DNA of 63,261 nucleotides, counting the filler, from Octopus bimaculoides (lineage: Eukaryota): the NCBI RefSeq assembly GCF_001194135.2. It is 5 parts of 5 records of this genome, joined end to end, with 100 filler letters (N's around TTAATTAATTAA, not from the genome) between each part and the next. Parts side by side here need not be neighbours in the genome. Positions count along the whole stretch, not along the records: positions 1 to 27,591 come from NC_068982.1; 4 more parts are not named here. One strand, given 5' to 3'. The position numbers and the translations under genes are program-made. Shown here in pieces: positions 13,204-24,628 of the stretch. Numbering within the stretch: the first letter of the stretch is position 1; every line of letters starts with the position of its first letter. The notes beneath the pieces were generated by a model, which was not told the DNA's origin, did no database searches, and was given only the letters and a program-made list of their open reading frames with translations.

Positions 13204-13329
13204 NNNNNNNNNNNNNNNNNNNNNNNNNNNNNNNNNNNNNNNNNNNNNNNNNNNNNNNNNNNNNNNNNNNNNNNNNNNNNNNNNNNNNNNNNNNNNNNNN
13301 NNNTATATATGCATATATATATATTATTT

Positions 13330-14010
13330 ACACTATTATTTGATTGAACACCACGCATCCATTTCCAAGCAAGTTTATCTTAATATTTTTGATGCGACTC
13401 TATACTGTTTTCTCCCCTTCACCGTTTTTTATCTGTCTCTCTCTGTCTCTCTCTCTCTCTTTCTCTCTCTCTCTCACTTTCTGTCTGTCTCTCACACTCT
13501 CTCTCTTCACTCTTTCTGTTTTTCTCTCTCTCGTTGCTCACACATGACCATCGTCCATCTTTCTTTTCTCCACCTGATTATCTTTCTTTTCTTTCAGAAC
13601 TGTCCTAAGGACTGGACGTATTCTACCTCTAATTTCTAACTTTTCTCTTTTCAAAGAAAAAATTTCTCCAGCGTTCGCTATTTTACCCTCGTTCTGATCT
13701 AACGACCCTTCATCTTTGTTTTCGTTTGATTTCCTTGTATGTCTCCACTGTCCTGCTTTTGTTACCAACTTTGATCCTCCATAGATCCAGAATTTTATTT
13801 TTATAATCATGGGAGCAACTATCTTCGAAGACTCATATTGTCGTCAAATGCTCGAAACGAGGAGTAGATAGACAGCCGACAACTGATGAAGGGTCGTTCT
13901 TTGTGTTACTTGTCCTGTTTCCCATTCGTTTCTCTCGTTGTTTGCATATTGAACTCATTTTTTTTGTAATTCATGTTATTTACTGTTGGTGACATCATGT
14001 ACCCATATAT
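13330..14010 (+). mobile_element. Copy of the same approximately 650-bp family, ending in (CT)n(AT)n
   Basis: Same ordered blocks as 26325-26990. Confidence 0.65.
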
Positions 14011-14013
14011 GCA

Positions 14014-14081
<68 letters not shown>

Positions 14082-14663
14082 NNNNNNNNNNNNNNNNNNN
14101 NNNNNNNNNNNNNNNNNNNNNNNNNNNNNNNNNNNNNNNNNNNNNNNNNNNNNNNNNNNNNNNNNNNNNNNNNNNNNNNNNNNNNNNNNNNNNNNNNNNN
14201 NNNNNNNNNNNNNNNNNNNNNNNNNNNNNNNNNNNNNNNNNNNNNNNNNNNNNNNNNNNNNNNNNNNNNNNNNNNNNNNNNNNNNNNNNNNNNNNNNNNN
14301 NNNNNNNNNNNNNNNNNNNNNNNNNNNNNNNNNNNNNNNNNNNNNNNNNNNNNNNNNNNNNNNNNNNNNNNNNNNNNNNNNNNNNNNNNNNNNNNNNNNN
14401 NNNNNNNNNNNNNNNNNNNNNNNNNNNNNNNNNNNNNNNNNNNNNNNNNNNNNNNNNNNNNNNNNNNNNNNNNNNNNNNNNNNNNNNNNNNNNNNNNNNN
14501 NNNNNNNNNNNNNNNNNNNNNNNNNNNNNNNNNNNNNNNNNNNNNNNNNNNNNNNNNNNNNNNNNAAAATAGTACTGGGGTCGATGCATTCGACTCAAAA
14601 TTCTTCAAGGCGGTGTCCCAGCATGACCGCAGTCTAATTGGTTGAAACAATTAAAAGTTAGAC

Positions 14664-14712
<49 letters not shown>

Positions 14713-15204
14713 ATGTATGTGTATGTATTTTTTTCTCCTTGCAGACTCTCCACTCTATCCCTGCCATCCACACTTTACTTCTTTACTCGTTCATTTGATT
14801 TATTACAATTAATAGACAAATGAATAAATTAAATTAGATTGACTAAATAAACAAAGAAAATCAGCCAACAAACAAACAGACAATCCAACAAATATGGAAA
14901 CCAACAAACAAAGAAACAAAACCAATGGAGGAAGATCGCGAATTGTCGATGGTCTTGGAATGGTAAGAGATACCGTTTTATGGTGGTGCTGTGAGTCATA
15001 GTGCACAGGAAATAGTATCCATAATGGAGATTGCGGAGATGATGGGTGGAATGTGGAGGTGAGATTTTTGGTGAATGGAATTGAGTTCAGGGGCTGGGAG
15101 TAAGAGGTAGATAAGGATAGAGAGAGTGGGAGGGATCGAAATTCAGCGTTGGAAGGAGAGTGTGAGTGAATGTGTGGATTTATTGTGGTGATGTACCGCT
15201 GAGA

Positions 15205-15209
15205 GAGTA

Positions 15210-15268
<59 letters not shown>

Positions 15269-15494
15269 NNNNNNNNNNNNNNNNNNNNNNNNNNNNNNNN
15301 NNNNNNNNNNNNNNNNNNNNNNNNNNNNNNNNNNNNNNNNNNNNNNNNNNNNNNNNNNNNNNNNNNNNNNNNNNNNNNNNNNNNNNNNNNNNNNNNNNNN
15401 NNNNNNNNNNNNNNNNNNNNNNNNNNNNNNNNNNNNNNNNNNNNNNNNNNNNNNNNNNNNNNNNNNNNNNNNNNNNNNNNNNNNNNNNNNNNNN

Positions 15495-15528
<34 letters not shown>

Positions 15529-15595
15529 AAGAGAGAGACAGACAGACAGATAGATAGAGAGAGATAGAGAGAAAGAGAGAGAGAGAGATAGAGAG

Positions 15596-15626
<31 letters not shown>

Positions 15627-15651
15627 GAGATAGACAGACAGATAGAGAGAT

Positions 15652-15684
<33 letters not shown>

Positions 15685-15689
15685 GAGAC

Positions 15690-15736
<47 letters not shown>

Positions 15737-15782
15737 GAGAGAGATAGAGATAAACAGATAGATAGGTAGGTAGGATAGATGG

Positions 15783-15840
<58 letters not shown>

Positions 15841-16156
15841 GGATGGATCGAGAAATAAAGAGAGCGAAAGAGGAAGAAAGAGAGAGAGACCGAGAGAAAG
15901 AATGTTTGATATAGAGATAGTGTGACAAAAGATGAAAGAAACAGAGTCTTTGTGGGTGGGGGGGGGATAAAGAGAAAGTACAAGTGAAAGAGTGCAATTG
16001 TGTGTGTGTATGTGTGTGTGTGTGTGTGTGTGAATGAAAGTGATCAAATTAAAAGAAGTATAATAGCTGAGTGATCGAATGAAAGATTCAGTGAATGAGT
16101 AACAAAGCGAGGAGAGTGGAAGAAAGAAAGAACGAAAGAAAGAGTATAGATAGAAT

Positions 16157-16194
<38 letters not shown>

Positions 16195-16734
16195 GAGAGA
16201 GCGAGAGATAGAGAAGGATAGAGAGATAAAGAGAGAGGGAGTGAGGTAGAGAGAGAGAGCTGTGAAATAATAAGAAACTGAAGGAGGAGAGAAAGCGTGT
16301 GGATTTATGAAAGAACTCAAGAGAGTAAGTGAAGCGTGACTTGAAGAAAATAGACCAATAGAAAGTGTTAGGGAGAATGACTGAGACCCGAAATGAATGT
16401 GAATGAAGTGATGGTGTAAGAGAGAGAGAGAGAGAGGGGGGGAAGGAACAATATGAGGAAGGAAGAGAGAGGGGGGAATGACAGAAACAGAAGAATAATT
16501 GAGAGGCAGATAGTGAGAGAGAGAGAGAGAGGGAAAAACAGAGTGAGAGAGAGACTGAGTGAAAGAGAGAGAGAAACAGTATGAGTAAGAGAGAGAGGGA
16601 GAGATAGAGTGAGTGAGTGAGAAAGTGTGAGAGAGAGGGGGAGAGATAGAATGAGAGAGAGAGGGAGAGAGTGGGAGAGAGAGTGAGAGAGAGAAGGAGA
16701 GATAGAGAGAATGTGTGTGTGTGTGTGTGTGTGT

Positions 16735-16810
<76 letters not shown>

Positions 16811-16883
16811 GAGGGAGAGAGAAAGAGAGAGAGAGACAGAGAGAGAAAGGGAGAGAGAGAGAGAAAGGGAGAGAGAGAGAGAA

Positions 16884-16938
<55 letters not shown>
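15205..16938. repeat. Compound (GA)n/(GATA)n/(GT)n microsatellite and purine-rich field
   Basis: Visible directly in the sequence. It explains the spurious 718-aa and 300-aa ORFs. Confidence 0.95.
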
Positions 16939-16939
<1 letters not shown>

Positions 16940-17430
16940 GTAAAAGTGAATGTATTGTCTCTCAAAAACTGAAATACTACAGTATTTCATTTCAGACGAA
17001 ACAAGAAGAAGCCTTTACTTTGATCCTGGATCTGCTAGAAACAGCAGCCTAATCTTCAAGTCACACCTCACTGTTTTATAAACCTAAAGAAAATATAATC
17101 ATAACTGTTTTATAAAACAAAAGAGTATACGGACCTCGAAAGAATGAAGGGTAAAATCAACCTCGGCAGAATTTGAACTCAATGCTCTTAAGCATTTTGT
17201 CCATTGCACTAACTGCTCTACTATAACAACGACAACAGTTACTGGAAGTATGAACCAACGAGAGCTCCTATTGTTGGATTTTTTATTTGTTAGAAACAGC
17301 AGCCAATTCACATTCAAATCATATTCTCATGATTTTATAATGCTGACATATTGTCCAGTGTAAATACTGGCCAACTCTATCATGTCTTGCTTTATATTCT
17401 ACAGGTGCTATTATTATTATTATTATTATT

Positions 17431-17665
17431 GTTCAGTAGTTTTATTTTTATAACGTGCTTTCACTTCACTACCGAGCGCAGCTCTGTGCGCCTTGGGTAT
17501 GTGCTGTGGTTTGCTGTGGTGCTCTTATGTTTACTGTATTGAAAGTGTTTTGCGTAGAATGTGTGCAGTACCCAGTAGTGCAATTTTCTGTATGTTATAT
17601 ATATTTGTAAGTCCTGGTATTTTTGTTATGTATTTGTCTGAATATTTTTTTATATTATACCTAAG
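17431..17665 (-). mobile_element. R4/Dong-type 3' end, same family as 10230-10541
   Basis: The reverse complement is nearly collinear with 10320-10541 (QKIALLGTAHILRKTLSIQ*, UTR GAGCTGCGCTCGGTAGTGAAGTGAAAGCACG). (TTA)n lies on both sides. Confidence 0.85.
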
Positions 17666-17666
17666 G

Positions 17667-17729
<63 letters not shown>

Positions 17730-17731
17730 AT

Positions 17732-18646
17732 TTAAATGATAAACTTCTGGAAAGTTTTACAGATTTTTACAGTTTCAGTAATGGATTGGATCTGTAGTCT
17801 TCGAATTAGCTTTCTTCTTTCTGGTTTTGAGAAGCCTAATTTCTCAAGATTGGTATTTAGGCAGTGTGTTACATATCCCAGGGCCCCAATAATTACAGGT
17901 ATAAACCTGAACTTGTAATCTGGATAGAGCAACTGCAGATTTCTCAGTAGTTCAGCATAGGTGTTCTCTTTTTCACTGATCTTCATCTCTCTATTTTTTT
18001 TTCATCCGCTGGGCAGCTAATTTTCACAACTGTGCACAGTTTCTCTTCTTTATCCCAAATTATTATATCAGGTCTGTTGTGCTCACATTTTATTGAGGTC
18101 TTCCCTGGTTCATTCCACCAGTATTCCTTTTTATTATGATTGGCTATGGCTTTTACTATATTGTGGGTTCTTATTTCTTTGTCCTCGGGATTATCCTTCC
18201 GACGGATTTCATTATAGAGTGTCCTAGCTACAACGTCATGTCTCATCGGTAGATAAATACCGTGATTACATTTTCGGTCAACTGCTTATGATGTGAATGG
18301 CTGCAGCGGTTGTCACAATGGCTGCACAATGGCTGCAGCGGTTGTTACATTTTACGGCCTTTCCTGCATCTCTATCCTTTTTGTGCATCAGGTACTTGGT
18401 TGATATTTCCTGTTCCTCGATTGCAAACGCATACCCATCGAAGTGGGAGGTAGTAATCTGGCTATTGGTCCAAGATAAACCGCTTTGATGATCGATGTTA
18501 CTATCATCACGGAGCTTTCTACTAACATATTCATGCATAGTCTTCTACTCAATGAAGCTCATCCTTTCATCTGATGATGCGTTGCGGTAAAGTCGTGTGA
18601 CTTCTTTGGACATGTATTTTAGATTATCAGACAAAGAGTGTTGCTC
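17732..18646 (-). pseudogene. Frameshifted C-terminal part of an RLE non-LTR retrotransposon ORF (R4/Dong-like): CCHC finger plus restriction-like endonuclease
   Basis: ORF pieces CNNRCSHC...HIISSC, RHDVVARTLY, HNRPDIIIWDKEEK..VKISCP, KENTYAEL and IPVIIGALG. These match the CCHC zinc finger and PD-(D/E)xK layout of RLE elements. Confidence 0.85.
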
Positions 18647-18708
18647 TATGTATGTATGTATGTATGTATGTATGTATGTATGTATGTATGTATGTATGTA
18701 TGTATGTA

Positions 18709-18745
<37 letters not shown>

Positions 18746-18959
18746 TATGTATGTATGTATGTATGTATGTATGTATGTATGTTATGGATAGATATTAATA
18801 TCTTCCCAGATTGAAACTCAGAGCATTAAGTGTTGCTGAGGACGATCTGAGTTCACGTTTTGATCCAGGATTGCCATTAGAACGAGAGTGTCGGAGAAGA
18901 CTCTTTAAGTTCTAAATCAGCAACTGACACAAGCAAACACCCCAAAATGTAAGTTTGCT

Positions 18960-20215
18960 GAGAATATATGAATAGCCACCCGACTTTCGGTTTCTCGCGG
19001 ACTAAGGATGAAAATGTATTTCGAACTGTTTCACGTGTGGTACGAAGCTTTACATTTTCAATATGGTCCCAAGTAACGTGAAGACATCTGCCGTCAAAAC
19101 GGGAACATCTGGTAAACACTATTGGTTATCTGATCAATAGTTTGAAAGACTTTTGGAACTGCAGAAATACCAACGAATATATATTGAAAAATAAGTGACT
19201 GTCTGAGGTAAGATGCATATCGTATCTTACAAAGTGGCTAGATTGATTGCTCTTTAGACAACACCAGATTGAATAGCTGAAAACCTGATTTAGCTTGTCA
19301 GTAACTTCATTGTAAAAACTTTGGTGATGAATACTAAACGGTAAGTTATGAAAATTTCTTTGTTTGATAATACAATTAGCAGAAGAATAGTTGCTATGCC
19401 AGCTAATATTGAGAAGCGTGTTTCCGAGAGTATGATGGATTGTAAATTCGCAATTCAAGTCGATGAATCGATCGATATTGGTAGAAAAGCACAGTTGTTT
19501 ACCTGTACAGGATTAATTTACAATGACGAAATAACGACAAAGATTCTAATTAGCAAGGAACTTGAAAAGCACATCAGAAAATAACATATATTCCAAACTT
19601 AGTATTTAGAAGAAGTCGAGATTTTATAGAATTCTTGTTTACAGATTGGATGGTCATGGCTGTGGAGCGTGAGAGGCTTGACGGTAGTTATCAAACAGAA
19701 AAAATCTGTGTAACTCTTTAAAGCGGCGAACTAGCAGAATCGTTAGCACGCCGGGCAAAATGCTTAGCGGCATTTCATCTATTTTTACGTTCTGAGTTTG
19801 AATTCCGTCGAGGTCGACTTTACCCTTTGTCCTTTAGGAGTCGATAAAATGAGTACGAGTTGAGCGCTGGGGTCGATGTAATCGACTTACTTCCTCCCTG
19901 AACTTCTTGGCCTTGTGCTAAAATTTGAAACTAATGTCAACTCTCCTTATATTAGTTACTTTAGATCCAGCTCCAAACCAGTGACTGGGACCTTGGTGGT
20001 GTTAGCCACCAAAAACTTTGCATCTGATTTGAAGTTCGTTCTTGATCAATCTATTCTCGATGTGAGATTCAATGCAAAACTGCTCTAGGTGCGTTTATTT
20101 GCTCATTTCGGCAAAGACAAAGGATTAAACATCATTTCCCAGTTCTGCATTCAGAAGTTCGCTGGCTACCCTTTGAACAGAAAAAGCCGAAGGCAGCCTT
20201 CGACTTTTCCTAGCT
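18960..20215 (+). pseudogene. Decayed hAT (Buster/Charlie) transposase, interrupted by a family B SINE
   Basis: LFDNTISRRI..., KFAIQVDESIDIG.KAQL, then after the SINE ATKNFASDLKFVLDQS...RLF and VLHSEVRWL (HTEVRWL motif). Contains multiple stops and frameshifts. Confidence 0.8.
19721..19935 (+). mobile_element. SINE family B inserted in the hAT relic
   Basis: Full head, central block and TGGCCTTGTGCTAAAATTTGAAA tail. Confidence 0.85.
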
Positions 20216-20370
20216 AAAGGGATTTTAAACCCAATATTTACAGGTTGTTTGTTTATAGATTTATCGACTTCGAGATCAACTGTTAAACAGAAATTAAACA
20301 CACAGACACACACACACACACACACGCACACACACAAATACGTATACATGTGGGTGTGTGTGCGTGCATG

Positions 20371-20406
<36 letters not shown>

Positions 20407-21000
20407 TGCATGCGTTTGTGTGTGTGTGTGTGTTTGTGTGTTTTTCTTAATTTGTCCTCACACTACTTGACAAGCGAAACTGCCCGGCAAAAGAAAATTG
20501 ATAGACTAAATACGTGCGTTAAAAAGAAGGGAATACTTGGATCAATTTGTGCCACTAAACCCTTCAATGCAGAAACCCAGATAGCTGCAGTCCAATGACT
20601 AAAACAGGCAAAGAGAAAAAAAAATAAAAGAAAATAACTGCAACAGCAATAGCCTCTCTTGTCCCCAAAACTGCTAGGATGAACTCAGACTTTTTGCAGT
20701 AGACTAGACTCCACTATGATGTAACTACGATCACGGATCAATTCTACCACTCAAGTATGCCAAGATGCATTTTAAACTCTAAGCGCAGATAATCGGAACA
20801 TATACAACACGGCATATACAACACGGCATATACAACAATGTAAATCTCCGTCTGTCCACTACCCTGGATCGGTAGTTCATTTTTATCAGCCTTAAAACGA
20901 TGAAAGTAAAAGTTGATCGTGGAATGCACACAGTCGGATCAAATACCGCGTAGCATTCTGAGACTCTATTATGATTCTGTTTGATTATTAATGTTTTATC

Positions 21001-21330
21001 TTTTACTTGTTTCAGTGATTGTACTGCGGGCATGCTGGAGCACTGCATTGAACAAATCAAACCTCCATCACTTATTCTTAAGCTTGATACTTATTCTATC
21101 GGTTGGCTTCTTTTGTCGACCTGCTAAGTGGCGCGACGTAAACAAACCGACACCGGTTGTGAAGCGGTGGGAACACAAACACAAAACAGAGATACACACA
21201 CACACACACACACACACAGAGACACACACATACACACACAAACACACACACACACATTCTCTCTCTCTCTCTCTCCCAACACACAAAACTTACCCCCACG
21301 CATACACATATGTATGACGGGCTTCTACGT
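21001..21330 (-). mobile_element. SINE family A, decayed
   Basis: TTTTACTTGTTTCAGTGATTG..TGCGG.CATGCTGGAGCAC and TACTTATTCTATCGG blocks. Confidence 0.7.
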
Positions 21331-21694
21331 ATACACATACCACATACCATACGCACTCACACACATATGCACACACACACACGCACATCTTGATTCAGTC
21401 ATTTACACGCACATACGCTTGAATATATACACATATCGTATACAATCAAATAAACTAATGCGCGTCCACACACATTCACGTACATATATAAACGTACGTA
21501 AACTAAGATACATATATGCACCTATAAGAAACCACACACACACACACACACACGAATATGCACACGCATTCTCGCACACGTATTAACTCACTCAACTGGA
21601 CAAGCAAAATCACACATACACACACACTAACACACACACACACTGACATACACACATACTGACACACACACACGCACACACACACACAAACACG

Positions 21695-21732
<38 letters not shown>

Positions 21733-22369
21733 CGCATTCACGTATACGCATGAGTGCTCGTACACAAACGCATACGAACACATGCAAAAACATAGATTCA
21801 CATGCAAACCTATTTATTGGCGCCTTTACAGACCAGCTTACGCTCACATACACCAACACGTGAACGCACACNNNNNNNNNNNNNNNNNNNNNNNNNNNNN
21901 NNNNNNNNNNNNNNNNNNNNNNNNNNNNNNNNNNNNNNNNNNNNNNNNNNNNNNNNNNNNNNNNNNNNNNNNNNNNNNNNNNNNNNNNNNNNNNNNNNNN
22001 NNNNNNNNNNNNNNNNNNNNNNNNNNNNNNNNNNNNNNNNNNNNNNNNNNNNNNNNNNNNNNNNNNNNNNNNNNNNNNNNNNNNNNNNNNNNNNNNNNNN
22101 NNNNNNNNNNNNNNNNNNNNNNNNNNNNNNNNNNNNNNNNNNNNNNNNNNNNNNNNNNNNNNNNNNNNNNNNNNNNNNNNNNNNNNNNNNNNNNNNNNNN
22201 NNNNNNNNNNNNNNNNNNNNNNNNNNNNNNNNNNNNNNNNNNNNNNNNNNNNNNNNNNNNNNNNNNNNNNNNNNNNNNNNNNNNNNNNNNNNNNNNNNNN
22301 NNNNNNNNNNNNNNNNNNNNNNNNNNNNNNNNNNNNNNNNNNNNNNNNNNCATGTGTGTGTGTGTGTGT

Positions 22370-22405
<36 letters not shown>

Positions 22406-23154
22406 ATGGTTTCTATATATGCGTTTTAATGTGCGTACGTTTATATATGTACGTGAATGTGTGTGTACGCGCATTAGTTTATTTGATTGTGTACGATATA
22501 TATGTATATATTTAACCGTAAGTGTGTGTAAATGACTGAATGATGATGTGTTTGTGTGCGCGTATGATATGTGGTATGTGTATGTGTAAAATGCTCACAT
22601 GTCTCAGAGTGCGTGTTCGTGTACGTGTATGCGCGAGCACGTGTGCAGTCAACAGCTTCTCCTTGAATTAACGTCAGATTTCTTTGATGCTACCAGACAA
22701 AGTTTCGTCCCTTCCATCTAATTTTCGCCTAACTACCCGTCACTTCAAATATCACCCGGGATGAAGGGTGGAGAAACAAACAAAGCTAAAAACTAAAAAA
22801 ACAAAAATGAAAAATAAAAGGGTGAAAAAAAGAAAATAACACAGAAAAGAGAAAATATGAGTTAAAAAAAAAAAGAGAAAGCCAGTCGCAAAGACGAAAA
22901 CGATACAAGGGCAGACTGACCTTACGTTTATAAAATAATTAAGTACTGCCGCCAGGGTCGTGCAAATCCCTACACGCGAATATATCTACAAAAGCAGTCT
23001 ATATCAAGCAAACGGATGTTCAACTGACAATGGAGGCATTTTCTGTCAGTTAATTATACTGTTTTTTATCGCTAGCACTGACCACACTGTATAGAAATTA
23101 TTCCAGTTTTATGAAATATAACAGAAAGTAAACGGTATAAACATACAGAAGAAA

Positions 23155-23400
23155 AGGTCTATGGCTTAGCGGTTAGTTAAGGTATTCAGCTCATGATTGA
23201 AAGGTTGTGAGTTCGATATCTGGAGGCGCGTTTTGCCCATGAGCAATAAGCTTTATTTCACGTTGCTCCAAAAATGAGAAGTACGTGTACTTCAAGGGGC
23301 CAGCCTTGTCACAATCTGTGTGACGTTGCCTTGCCCTGAGAATTACGTTAAGAGTACGCGTGCTGGTAGGGTGCTCTGGGCTACACGGGAACTGTGTAGA
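23155..23400 (+). mobile_element. tRNA-headed SINE family D (CORE-like centre, 3' end shared with family C)
   Basis: A/B-box-like head, CTTTATTTCACGTTGCTCCA centre, and CAGCCTTGTCACA...CTGAGAA.TACGTTAAG 3' part as at 4745-4800. Confidence 0.65.
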
Positions 23401-23713
23401 AGCCCGCCCTATACACTTAAATATAAATATATATATATATGCGTGTGCTGACTGTGTGTATGTGCGCGCGCACGTGCGCGTGTGCGTATGTGCTCGTTCC
23501 CCACTGCTGCATGACAGCCGGAGTTTGTTTGTGTTTGTAAATTAGCAGTTCGCCGAAAGAGACCAACATAATAAGTACCAGACTTAAAAATATGTATTGA
23601 AGATGATTTGTTCGACTAAACTGTTCAAGGCTGCAATCCAATGATAAGTAAGTAAATGATAAACAGAGGCACATATGTCCATTTTCTAAGACATACCTAA
23701 ATGTATTTTATAT

Positions 23714-23750
<37 letters not shown>

Positions 23751-23777
23751 CATATACACATACACATATATATATAT

Positions 23778-24029
23778 ATTGCAGCGTGGAAGGTGTTTAT
23801 AAGCCATTTAAAATAACACACAAAGACCGTTAGATTCACTTCAACATTTAAATTTAATTTGTCAAATATTTTCGTCGCTTTGAGAACGCGACCTGTTCAC
23901 TGACAAAATTCTGTGCTGCGTCTCATGATGCAGCACAGAATTTGACAAATTAAATTTAAATGTTGAAGTGAATCTAACGGTCTTTGTGTGTTATTTTAAA
24001 TGGCTTATAAACACCTTCCACGCTGCAAT
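23778..24029. repeat. Perfect 90-bp inverted repeat enclosing a hammerhead-like motif and a 13-bp hairpin
   Basis: Arms 23778-23867 and 23940-24029 are exact reverse complements. The inner hairpin is 23907-23919/23930-23942. Confidence 0.95.
23858..23907 (-). ncRNA. Candidate atypical minimal hammerhead (G3-C8 core)
   Basis: Minus strand TTTGTCA-GTGAACA-G-GTCGC(gttctcaaa)GCGAC-GAAAATATT-TGACAAA. 7-bp stem I and 5-bp stem II, with a one-nucleotide register defect at stem III/17. Confidence 0.45.
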
Positions 24030-24106
24030 TGTTTTCGTTCCAGCACACGATCCCAGATCAGGTCACTTGCTATGCAAGTACATCTCTGTAATATATATAT
24101 ATATAT

Positions 24107-24207
24107 AATGAAATAAGTGAAGATCAGGAGAACGGAAATTTGCACATTTAAGTTTTATTAAACAGTTATTGCAAATCTCCGTTCTCCTGATCTTCACTAA
24201 TTTCATT
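24107..24207. repeat. Near-perfect inverted repeat, arms about 38 bp
   Basis: AATGAAATAAGTGAAGATCAGGAGAACGGAAATTTGCA versus TGCAAATCTCCGTTCTCCTGATCTTCACTAATTTCATT. Confidence 0.9.
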
Positions 24208-24628
24208 ATTTTCTCTACGAAAATATGCAGTCCTTATGAAGACATTCGAATTTACCAAGTGAGGATTAACCGGGTATAATAAATTCAACAAACACGCGTT
24301 TCATCAACACTCACTGTGGCTAGCCGGCATCGACCACCGATCAGAGCGAACTCGGTAACCGCTAAGTTTATACATCCCTCGTAAACATTTTTGGAAATAT
24401 ATATATATATCTATATATAGGTTCAAAAAAACAATAACAAAAAGACAACAAAGTGAGGACGTGATACGGATAGTGTTATTGGACGCTCCGGGAAATACAA
24501 TTAAAAGGGTAAAGGTTTATCAATTTATTAATTTATTAATAAATCAACAATTAATAATTTTTACCAAGCCCTTCGGTATGTAAACACCATTATCGGAGGA
24601 GAACTTATTTAAAATTTCTTATACATTT

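Noticed and set aside
14809-16990. 718-aa, 300-aa, 284-aa and 267-aa ORFs
   Set aside because: These are translations of (GA)n/(GATA)n microsatellites and N-runs, with no protein-like content.
20125-20279. Apparent minus-strand terminal exon (DLEVDKSINKQPVNIGFKIPLARK...) with a good acceptor
   Set aside because: Most of it is antisense to the hAT transposase relic, which has the HSEVRWL motif on the + strand.
22926-22985. 60-nt minus-strand open segment (IYSRVGICTTLAAVLNYFIN) between AG and GTAAGG
   Set aside because: Splice-like signals of this strength arise by chance in 63 kb, and there is no homology evidence.
24285-24360. Minus-strand GAAACGCGTG near CTGATCG
   Set aside because: The palindromic junction is present, but there is no CUGANGA box in register and position 17 is G.
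24563-24598. Minus-strand CCGATAA-T-GGT..ACC-GAAG
   Set aside because: G8 and A15.1 are lost and there is no stem I. At most it is a dead relic, noted only as context for the cluster.
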